DNA of 64,000 nucleotides from Octopus sinensis (lineage: Eukaryota), in assembly GCF_006345805.1 (NCBI RefSeq), contig NC_043022.1, forward strand, positions 7,130,001 to 7,194,000. Reading direction: 5' to 3'. Shown here one piece after another: positions 10,813 to 21,924 of the stretch. The translations under genes were made by a program, and so were the position numbers. Every line of letters begins with the position of its first letter. The stretch's first letter is position 1. The notes beneath the pieces are model-generated. The model was given only the letters and a program-made list of their open reading frames with translations, made no database searches and was not told where the DNA came from.

Positions 10813-12181
10813 CACGCCAACCACTTTACAGAGTGTACAAAGGGTGCTCTTTATGTGGCACCAGCACCAGTGGTTTTTACATGACACCAGCATCTGTGCC
10901 TTTCACATGGTATCATCATAAATGCTTTTTACATGACACCATCACCAAAGCATTTTATGTGGCATCATCACCAGCGCTTTTTACATGGCGCCATCAAAAT
11001 TAAATATAGGGCTCTCTCTTTTTCTCCTAACTCAAATGAAGAAAAAATTGCTGAGGATGAGGAATAAGAAGTGGAAGAGATAACATTCATGACTTATCCA
11101 ATGATTATCCAATAAGCTAAACCATCCCATCTGAGAATTAGTTGCCAAGAATACCACCGCAAGATTACAAGCACCAAAATTAGTGTCTTTTTTTTTTTTT
11201 TCTTGAACACTTTAATAAACTGATTTAGAACAATCTTGGCACAGGATTGGTAAACTGTCCAGTTCTGTGCTAGGAAGAAAGACCAACTGCTTCAAGAAGA
11301 GAGAGAATGACTATCTACATTTTCTTAGCTGTTTATTCTTCTACTGTTATAGTCATTAGTCATTGGACTGCAGCCATGCTGGGGCACTGCCATTTTAGTT
11401 GAACGAATTGACCACAATGCTTATTCTTTTAAAGCCAGGTTCTTAATCTTATGAGTTTCTTATTGCCAAACCACTAAGTGATAGGGATGTAAACACACCA
11501 ACACCGGCTGTCAAGCAGTATAGTGGGTGACAAAAACACAACCACAAAGACACACACATACATCCCTGATGGGCTTATTAGAGTTTACATCTACCAAATC
11601 CACTTTGAAGCGTTTGGTTGGGCCAACGCTATAATAGAAGTCCATGTGCGTGTGTGTGTGTGTAGACACACACACATATATATTGTTGTCATATATTGTA
11701 TGCCTTCAGGATATTGATGACACTACAAGGAAAACACTCTTTATACACTCTGTAAAGCGGTTGGTGTTAGGAAAGGCATCCAACTGTAGAAACCATGCCA
11801 ACACAGACAAGGGCCGGCTGGTCAGTCCCTGTCAAACTGTAAAACAGCCCAACCTATGCCAGCATGGAAAACAAGCATAAAATGATGATGATGCATGTGT
11901 ATATATATCTATCTATCTATATTGACAACTGACAAGTCCCTTAATCCCTTAGGGGTCATTGGGCTACTACAGCTATGCAGTCTATCTAGGACAGGAAAGC
12001 CTGGTAGAGTCCATCCTTCTCCAGGCTAAATTCATTTCTACATTGAGTGGACTGGAGCAACATGAAGTGTTTTGTACAAGAACACACTGTATCACCCAGT
12101 CCAGGAATTGAAACCATAATCTTACAATCACGAGTTCAATACCCTAACCACTAAGCCATGCTGCCTCCATATATATATTTA

Positions 12182-12397
<216 letters not shown>

Positions 12398-13224
12398 TCA
12401 ACCTTCAGCTCCACCCCCAAATGCCTTTAGTTCTCTCTCACTAGTCAAGATAGTCATGACTTTCCTCCTTAGACGGAAAAACCCCCTACGGTCATGAATG
12501 ACCATGGGATTGCACCTAGAAAGTTCCCCTTTGAGGTACCAGTCTGGGCAAGGTTGTTTATGGAAGACCAGCAGCCATCTATGCATACCCACCTCTCCTC
12601 TCCAAACCATTGATGTTGTCCAAAGGAAAGGCAAAGGGGCCAATACAGCTTGGCACCTGTGATGTTGCAACTCATTTCTACAGCTGAGTGAACTGGAGCA
12701 ACATGAAATGAAGTGTCTTGCTCAAGAACACAACACACAGCCCGGTCCAGGAATCGAACTTACAACCTCACAATCATAAGCTCGACACTCTAACCACTGA
12801 GCCATGCACCTCCCATAAAACAGATGTAAAAAATATAAGACAGATACAAAAAATAGGGAGGAGAGGTCATGGAAGGACAAAAGATTTAATGGTATGAATT
12901 GAATGTTGATGATGCATTGATGGTGTATCACCCCTTTATCCTGCAGGCCCTACACCATGTGGCAACAAAAATATTCAAGATGTGACCATTCTATTATTCA
13001 GACTAAATGCATCTAAGACTACACTATTCAATGTGTCTTTTTCCATCTTTTCTAACTCATGGTGTGATTTTTAGAGACAATGAGCTGTTATTTCTAGCTG
13101 GCCATAACTGACTTATATTGCTGTTCAACCCCGATGCTGCAGATCAATGGATTCAAAGACATTCCAACCAAAAGTACAGCCATTTTCCCTCTCAACCATC
13201 ATAGACCTAGGACTACATTATTAA

Positions 13225-13527
13225 TTATTTACATTATTTACATTTGACAGATATTTGTCCTCATCTTGTTGTTAACGCAACGTTTCGGCTGATATACCCT
13301 CCCACCTTCGTCAGGTGTCTTGGGGATATTTCGAACCTGGGTTCTCATTCCTAACATCGAAAAATACCTTAGGAATGAGAAACCAGGTTTGAAATTTCCC
13401 CAAGACACCTGACGAAGGTGGGAGGGTATATCAGCCGAAACGTTGCGTTAACAACAAACAAGATGAGGACAAATATCTGTCAAATGTAAATAATGTAAAT
13501 AATTCCTCATCTCTTAAATATAGAACA
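13225..13527. mobile_element. Palindromic Penelope-derived insertion with two opposed hammerheads
   Basis: Arms about 13223-13354 and 13369-13504; 10-bp TSD acattattaa (13215-13224 and 13528-13537); hammerheads at 13274-13319 (-) and 13404-13449 (+). Confidence 0.8.
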
Positions 13528-14459
13528 ACATTATTAAATGTGTCCGTGTTAAGTTGTGAGCAATTTGGCAAATAAAAGCAAAGTTCCAGTTGATCCAATC
13601 ATCAGAACAGTCTGCTCATGGAGTTAAGGTGCAAATGGCTGAGCACTCTACAGACCTGCATGCCCTTAATGTAGTTCTTAGGGAGATTCAGCATTACACA
13701 GAATGTGATAAGGCTGGTCCCTTTGAATTGCTGGTACAGCCCATTTTTGCTACCTGAACAGACTGGAGCAATAAAGTGTAATATAAAGAGTCTTGCTCAA
13801 GGACACAATGCATCTGCAGGAATCAAACTCACAATCATTAGTGCCCATGGTCCCTTTTTAGGACCAGAATGATAATCCGTCATATTTTTGCAATGCTTGT
13901 ATTTTTCTGAGATATATTTTGTTGGTTAGTCTTTCAAATATTGTAATATAAATTTTTATATATATATGTATAGAAAAAGATTTTTGGTAATAAACTGAAT
14001 AAAAAAACTTGGGCACTAATGGGTCCTACTAAGCCATGCACCTTCCCCAATTTGGCTAATATTTCTAATAGACCAAACAACTGCATAGAGACTTAGTAGT
14101 TACCTTGTGACAGAGACAGACAGACAGATATGATTTTTTATCATTTGAAACGTGCAACAACATATCTGTACTTGACTGATAGCTTCTTGCAAGTCAAGGA
14201 AGGGCAGAGCAACAGTCAGGCAGCTTATTTGATAACAATATTGAATGTAAATGTTTATATCTCTAGATTAAGGAATTAGTCCATTCTTAGAAGTTTAGCA
14301 GTTAGAGGTACCTGCAGGTAATATATCTAATTTGCACTTTGTTAGAAATACTTCTGCAATTAGACTTTAATTAATGTCTAAATATTATTTTAATTATTTC
14401 ACCAAACATGGTAAACAATCTGAGCATGTTTTGGCTTTATTGTGATCTCATCAGCAATG

Positions 14460-15200
14460 TATAGGTCAGGCGTGGGGACATGCAGAGTTACAGCATGTTG
14501 CTGCAGTCACCATTTGTTGATACATTCCCAGTCCTCCCACTCAGTCCCCACCTCTGCAAAATACTTCTTCATCTGCTGTGACCATGTGGCATGTGGTTTG
14601 ACCAACACAAGCTGTCAACCCAGTTGAATCCTTAGTGAAGAGAACACAGTAAACAGGGCCTGACTCGGAAAATCGAGCAACATGACCAAACAGCCTGAGC
14701 TGGGCTCCCAAATCAGACAAGCAACAGGACCCATCTTAGTTTCTAGGTTGAATCATTGGTTGGATATGTAATTTGATCAATGGTAATCCATAATCCAGCA
14801 AAGGGCCCTAGTACCAAAGGAGCTCAAGGTGGCTCCCAAAAGCACCCAGACAGTGTCCAAGTCTCACAACTATAGAACAAGACAGGAAGGACCAGAGACT
14901 TAAAGACCCAAACCTTTGTCTTCTGCACAAAGACCCATCAAATACAGTCCCAGTCAGTCCCTATCTGCACAAGATACCACTTCATCTGCTGCGACCATGT
15001 GGCATGTGGTTGACCAACATGAGCCATCAACCCAGCCGGATCCTCAGTGAAGAGAACTCAACAAGCAGGATCTGACTCAGAAGATCAAGCAACATGGCCA
15101 AGCATTGTGAACCGGGGCTTCCAAATCATACAAGTGACAGGACACATCCCAGTTTCTGAGTAAAGTTGATGGTTTGATATGAAATCTGTTTGATGTTCAA
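14460..15200 (-). mobile_element. Two diverged tandem RTE-clade LINE 3' fragments (about 14460-14780 and 14980-15200)
   Basis: AQLRLFGHVARFSESGPVYCVLFTKD...PHATWSQQMKKYF on the minus strand; the second copy is alignable but diverged. Confidence 0.65.
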
Positions 15201-15530
15201 TGCCTGCATGGATTGGAGTAATGTATAGATTTCATCTTCCTTAGTGAAGCAATGAGAAGAAAATCAATAAATGCCCAATATTGAATATTGATGTAGGAAA
15301 GGAGAATGTCTGAAAGACATCCCATCACAAGGTGGTGAAAAAACAAGTTTTAGTTTTGCCACATTTAATACAAGAAACAATAAAAAGCATGATAAGAAAT
15401 TTGGTGAGGAAAAGACAATATTACTCAATGACTAATAATTAATTACTGCAACCAGTTTATTAAGCTTATAAGTGAAATGAAATTAATGGACAACAAAAGT
15501 CATTATGAAGAGTCATTTATCAAAGGATAC

Positions 15531-15586
15531 ATTTCATGAAAGAAGTCTATGTGTGGTGGTTGTAAAATATCAAGAGCAGAAAGTAT
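15531..15586 (-). CDS. NLK: Nemo-like kinase, 56-bp coding exon (not in ORF track)
   Basis: ttccag|ATA CTT TCT GCT CTT GAT ATT TTA CAA CCA CCA CAC ATA GAC TTC TTT CAT GAA AT|gtatcctt = ILSALDILQPPHIDFFHE(I); phases match both neighbouring exons. Confidence 0.96.
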
Positions 15587-15700
15587 CTGGAAAGAAATAA
15601 AGAGAGAAATAAATCAAAGCTTCAGTAGACAAAAGGAGTTCAGCTTGTACTCGATGACCTGTCAATCTATAACAGCACACTTCCTTGTGAGTAGTTTTCT

Positions 15701-16260
15701 TTTTCACCTCAAAGTTAACCTTGACTGTTTAATAATCGTCAAACAAAATCCTTATTCATTCCCATCGATGATTTGAATTAACTCTGCATTATCTTTGGGA
15801 TTTCAATGATGTGACTGTTTTTAGAATGACATTGTAGGAAAGGTGTGAGAGAACAAATCTGGTCAGCTACAACATAAAACGGGTGGAAGATTTTGGCTGG
15901 GTATAGCTGGTTTAACCCTTTAGTGTTTAAACTGGCCAAATCTGGCCCAATATATTCTACATATTTTATATTCAAACTGGCCATATCTAGCCTCTCACAC
16001 CTAACCTACAATGCCATTTTTTTTCACCTCAAAGTTAACCTTGACTGTTTAATAATCCTGTCAAACAAAATCCTTATTCGTTCCCATCGATGATTTGAAT
16101 TAATTCTGCATTATCTTTGGGATTTCAATGATGTGACTGTTTTTAGAATGACATTGTAGGAAAGGTGTGAGAGAACAAATCTGGTCAGCTACAACATAAA
16201 ACGGGTGGAAGATTTTGGTTTAACCCTTTAGTGTTTAAACTGGCCAAATCCAGCCCAATA
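15701..16260. repeat. About 320-bp local tandem duplication containing MITE pieces, about 115 bp from the 56-bp exon acceptor
   Basis: ttttcacctcaaagttaacc... occurs at 15701 and 16021. Confidence 0.85.
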
Positions 16261-17788
16261 TATTCTACATATTTTATATTCAAACTGGCCATATCTAGCC
16301 TCTCACACCTAACCTACAATGCCATTCTAAAAATAAGTAATCACATCATTGAAACCGCCAAGCTGTAAGATGATCCAGGATTAATTCAAAACAATTTGAG
16401 TGGAAAAGTATGACATTTAACAGAGTAATCTGAACACTAAAGGGTTAAATGCTAAGCAATTAATCAGAAAAAAAAACTATGGTAAAAGATATTCCAGATA
16501 TGGCCATCCCACAGCCTTCAAACATACAGAGAACCCATAACCACATTAATCTGTGTTCTTCATTTCGAAAACAGGAGTTGATATGGGGGAAAGTTAGGCT
16601 GTTATTTCTAACAGAAGAGCCCTTTATTAAGCTGATAGCTTATCAGTAGTTGATTTTTAACCTAGGGCAACCCAAATCCAGTAAACTTATGAAAGGTGTT
16701 CAAAAGTTGAAGGAGTTTATAAAGTTTCACCTAGTGGTGAGTATGAACGAAAATAAAATTGGTACGGAATACAATTTGTGGTGTTTGGATAGTATTGGAC
16801 TTATATAAGGCAGTGAATGGGTTAGGGTTAGGGTAATAGACCAGGCAAAATGCTTGCTTTACTTGTTTCAGTCATCTGAAGGGATTTAACGAAACAGATC
16901 GCCTTCACCCCCGTCCCACCACGACTTATTTTTTAAGTCTAGTACTTATTCTATCAGTCCACCAAGTTATGGGAACATAAACACGCCAACACTGGTTGTC
17001 AAGTGGTGATGGGGAGCAAACAGACACAAAGACAAACACACACGTATATATATATATATATATATATTTCTTTACTACCCACAAGGGGCTAAACATAGAG
17101 GGGACAAACAAGGACAGACAAAGGGATTAAGTCGATTACATCGACCCCAGTGCATAACTGGTACTTAATTTATCGACCCCGAAAGGATGAAAGGCAAAGT
17201 CGACCTCGGCGGAATTTGAACCCAGAATACTTAACGGCAGACGAAATACGGCTACGCATTTCGCCCGGCGTGCTAACGTTTCTACCAGCTCGCCATGCAT
17301 ATACACAACAGGCTTCTTTCAGTTTCCATCTACCAAATCCACTTACCAGGCCTTGGTTGGCTCAAGGCCATAGAAGAAGACATTTGCTCAAGGTGCCACA
17401 CATTGGAGCTGAACCTAGAACCATGTGGTTGGGTTGAGAAGCAAACCTCTTACCACACAACCATGGCCACTAAAATCGACTTTGCTTTCCATCCTTACGG
17501 GGCTGATAATACAAGTAGCAGACAAGCACCGGGGTCAATGTAACTGACTCAGCACCCTCCCCAAAATTGTTGGTCTTGTATCAAAATCGAAAGCAACAGC
17601 ATTGGAATTATGGTAGACTTTAATATCCCAAACTATTTACTTTTATTTAAACTGCTATACACAAACCTAGACAAAGGAATGGTTGGCTTCCTATCCATAA
17701 GGTTTCAGGTTCAATCACTCTGCATGGCACCTTGAGCAAGATTCTTTTACTATAGCAAATGGATGGAAACTGAAAGAATCCCAGGTGC

Positions 17789-18150
17789 ATAGGATGTAGA
17801 GGGTTTGTAGGACACAGCGTGAGACGACTGTTGTTATCACTAGGCCTAACTCATCGTAAAGTCAATACCACCATGACTGATATCCAATCTACAGTGGAGA
17901 AGGCTAGCCACTGGATTTGGTTAAAAAGAGAAGATGAGCGATGGCGAGAAGGATATTGAGTTCTTCATAACCAGCTGATCTAACAAGCGGGGCCTCATAT
18001 CAGTGAGGGGGGGCCGGTGCGCATTGATGCCATCGAGAGGTAGGCCCCGAAACGGCGCGCATTCTCTCCTGATGACCCCATACACTTGCTAGCTTCCGAT
18101 ATACGGAGCTTTTGACTGGTAGTACTTGCATGTGCAAGTTGTTTGTAAGA
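17789..18150 (+). mobile_element. HERO-clade (restriction-like endonuclease) non-LTR retrotransposon 3' end: ORF C-terminus 17789-17959 plus structured 3' UTR
   Basis: IGCRGFVGHSVRRLLLSLGLTHRKVNTTMTDIQSTVEKASHWIWLKREDERWREGY* matches the (VE)VGCRGF...AEKASxWLWxKR C-terminus of HERO elements. Confidence 0.8.
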
Positions 18151-18563
18151 CATCTCTTTGTTCTCACATCAGGCAATAGTCATAAACATCATCATCATCA
18201 TAATACAAGCAATGGTTTTTGTGTCCAATCGTCTACAAAAGCATGTCTGGTCATGGGAAATATCACCTTGCATGGAAATAGTGTGTGTGTGGGGGGTGAT
18301 AGGAAAGGTAAACAGCTGTGGGAAATCTGTCACAACGAAATCCCATCTAACACATGCAAGCATGGTAAACTGAATTTTGAAAATGAAGGCGAGAGGCATA
18401 TAGGCGCAGGAGTGGCTGTGTGGTAAGTAGCTTGCTAACCAACCACATGGCTCCGGGTTCAGTCCCACTGCGTGGCATCTTGGGCAAGTGTCTTCTGCTA
18501 TAGCCCCGGGCCGACCAATGCCTTGTGAGTGGATTTGGTAGACGGAAACTGAAAGAAGCCTGT

Positions 18564-18602
<39 letters not shown>

Positions 18603-20127
18603 TTGTGTGTCTGTGTTTGTCCCCCTAGCATCGCTTGACAACCGATGCTGGTGTGTTTACGTCCCCGTCACTTAGCGGTTCGGCAAAAAAGAGACCGATA
18701 GAATAAGTACTAGGCTTACAAAGAATAAGTCCTGGGGTCGAGTTCCTCGATTAAAGGCAGTGCTCCAGCATGGCCGCAGTCAAATGACTGAAACAATTAA
18801 GAGTAAAAGAGTAATATAATGAGCCAAATACCCTAACCCCTAACGTATGTGCCTACACACACACACTTTTACTTGTTTCAGTCATTTGACTGTGCCCATG
18901 CTAGAGCACTGCCTTTATCACAAACATTGTTTTATTCTTTTACTTGTTTCAGTCATTTGACTGTGGCCAGGCTGGAGCACCAACTTTAGTCAAACAAATC
19001 AACCCCAAGACTTATTCTTTGTAAGCCTAGGACTTATTCTATTCATCTCTTTTGCCGAACGACTAAGTTACAGAACACACACACACATATATATATACAA
19101 CAGGCTTCTTTCAGTTTCTGTCTACCAAATCTGCTCACAAGGCTTTGGTCGGCCCAAGGCTATAGTAGAAGACACTTGGCCAAGGTGCCACACAGTGGGA
19201 CTGAACCCAGAACCATGTGGTTGGGAAGCAAGCTTCTTACTACACAGCCATGCTATCTGTTAGGAATTTGGTGCCTTATTTCTGTAAATTATGAAATGCA
19301 CAGTGAACATAAAGGGGTGTAATGCAGCAGAATATTAATAACAGTGTTTCTGAATGAAACAGTTTTTACTGCCGAGTAATTCTGATCTCTCACGAGAAAC
19401 ACTCACCAGGTTTCCACAAAGTTTTCATCCAGCTACAAGAGAATGTTCAACAAAAGACTGTCATAGAAGATCTTTGTCCAAGCCGCTGCTACTCTTTTAC
19501 TTGTTTCGGTCATTTGACTGCGGCCATGCTGGAGCACCGCCTTTAGTCGAGCAAATCGACCCCGGGACTTATTCTTTGTAAGCCCAGTACTTATTCTATC
19601 GGTCTCTTTTGCCGAACCGCTAAGTTACGGGGACGTAAACACACCACCATCGGTTGTCAAGCAATGCTAGGGGGACAAACACAGACACGCAAACACACAA
19701 ATACATATATATATATACATATATACGACAGGCTTCTTTCAGTTTCCGTCTACCAAATTCACTCACAAGGCATTGGTCGGCCCGGGGCTATAGCAGAAGA
19801 CACTTGCCCAAGATGCCACGCAGTGGGACTGAACCCAGAACCATGTGGTTGGTTAGCAAGCTACTTACCACACAGCCACTCCTGAGGAATTAAATCTAGT
19901 GCCATGTGGTTGTGAATTAGATTCCTTAGTCACGTAACCATGCCAGCACTTTATTTGAGGCTTGCAAAATGTAAAGGTGAACGGACACTCACAATGATAG
20001 TTCTAAGTCAGTTGCCATTCCTTATTGGTGAGCTCTCAAAACAAAGAAACACAAACAGCCCCCACCTGCTACCCCCATCCCAGAAAAATATTGACATATT
20101 TCCATAACAAGAGTTGAGTAAACTTAC

Positions 20128-20257
20128 ATTTTCGTGCTTGAAATGGCAAAGCATGCGGAGTTCCCGGTAGACACGCTTTGAAGAGATGAGGTTTTGGAAG
20201 ACATTGGGCATTTTCTTCAGGGCCACTCGCTTACCATCTCGTGGATCAGTCACAGAC
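20128..20257 (-). CDS. NLK: Nemo-like kinase, internal coding exon (kinase subdomains II-III; first exon found in window)
   Basis: 130 bp; ttgcag|G TCT GTG ... GAA AAT|gtaagt; translates (W)SVTDPRDGKRVALKKMPNVFQNLISSKRVYRELRMLCHFKHEN with the VALKK lysine and the RE helix-C glutamate. Confidence 0.97.
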
Positions 20258-21705
20258 CTGCAAATAAAAAAAAAATAATATCTTAGTGATTTCAGTAAAG
20301 AGTATAAACTGTTAGGGTAATTAACTGAAAGAGTATAATTGATTAATTAATTTTGGCAGGTTCTCTCTATCTCTTTCGGAGAGGCACAAGCACCTACACG
20401 TACATATACACACACGGCAGTAACTTCCGCCTGCCGAATTCCATCACAAAGCTTCGGTCGGCTCGGGGCCATAGCGGAAGACACCTACCCAAAGTGCCAC
20501 GCAGTGGGACTGAACCCAAAACCATGTAGCTAGGAAGCAAGCTCCCTAACCACATATTTTAATAATCCCAGAAAGATGAAAGGCAAAATGACCCTGGCAG
20601 GATTTGACTTCAGAATGAAACAAAATGAAATTTAACCCTTTCATTACTGTTTTTATTTTGAGATGCTCTGTGTTTCTTTCAATTATTTTAAATGTAACAA
20701 AGAATTTAGTAAAATAATTTAATTATTATTAAGCTAGCATTAGGAACATAAATTGCGACTAAGGTTTGGTGGAAGATTTTAATGAAAAACTTATGAAAAC
20801 AAGACATTTGTACTACAGAGCCAGAGCCGGTTTTGGCCAAGTTGGTAACAAAAGGGTTAAACACCAAATGGTATTCATTACGCTTTTTCTTATTGGTTCA
20901 TTGTATACAGCTCCAGGGCAGCCCTGTCTGAGTAGATCTATGACCAAAGGCATTCCACATGAAGCCATCCTATCTTTTTTTTTTTTCGTTTTCCCTAGGC
21001 ACAAATACCCTTACAACCATTACATTCAATGGGCCCTTTTCAAAGATAACAGCTTATAATATGTGAGGTATTTAGCTGTTTTTTATAGCAAAGTGAATGA
21101 CCGCAGTCTCTCACATTTAGAATTGGTCATTGAAAACCTATTTCTTTATTACCCACAAGGGGCTAAACACAGAGCGGACAAACAAGGACAGACATAGGTA
21201 TTAAGTCGATTACATCGACCCCAGTGCGTAACTGGTACTTAATTTATCGACCCCGAAAGGATGAAAGGCAAAGTCGACCTTGGCGGAATTTGAACTCACA
21301 ACGTAACGGCAGGCGAAATACCGGTAAGCATTTCGCCCGGCGTGCTAACGTTTCTGCCAGCTCTCCACCTTGGTCATTGAAAACCATCTACTTTTCATCT
21401 TTTTTGCTGTGGTGAAGTTAGAAATGCTTGGGGTGGAGATCAAAGTAAGCGATACAGACTGCTGGCATTTGGTTGCCAGCCAGCAAGTCCTTTTCACACA
21501 GGGCACAGCAGCCTTTCATCTGTGGCCCTTTGTAATTTTTTAAAAACAGTTTTTGTGAGGAGGGAAAGCAATGCTCATGATTCTTTACAGAACTTCAGAG
21601 ACTGATGGGAGAGAGGAAGGAAGGAAGCAATCCCAAAACTGGAGACCAGGTTTGGATGCTTGCAATGGTATGGGTCCTACTAGAGCAGTGGTGCTCAACC
21701 ATTAA

Positions 21706-21924
21706 CCCTTTAGTGTTCAGATTATTCCATCAAACATAATGCTTATTGATTCCCATTGATTTGAATTAATCCTGCATTATCTCATATCTTCAAGATCTTG
21801 ATGGTGTAATTACTTAATGTAGAATAACATTGTAGGGTAGGTGTGAGAGCCTGGATCTGGTCAGTTTGAACATAAAACAGATTAGCTATTTTGGCCGGAT
21901 ATAGCCGGTTTAAATACTAAAGGG
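21706..21924. mobile_element. piggyBac-type MITE family 2 (copies at 57794-58011, about 16219-16445, 48380-48588, 50516-50738, 57134-57356; fragments at 5250-5390, 15770-16010, 56900-57110)
   Basis: TTAA|CCCTTTAG...CTAAAGGG|TTAA with a shared AT-rich body (gaattaatcatgcattatctc...acattgtagggtaggtgtgagag). Confidence 0.85.

Noticed and set aside
19654-19893. Recurrent ORFs MSSNARGTNTDTQT.../MLGGQTQTHK.../...DTCPRCHAVGLNPEPCGW
   Set aside because: Antisense readings of SINE family A, repeated at every copy; not a gene family.
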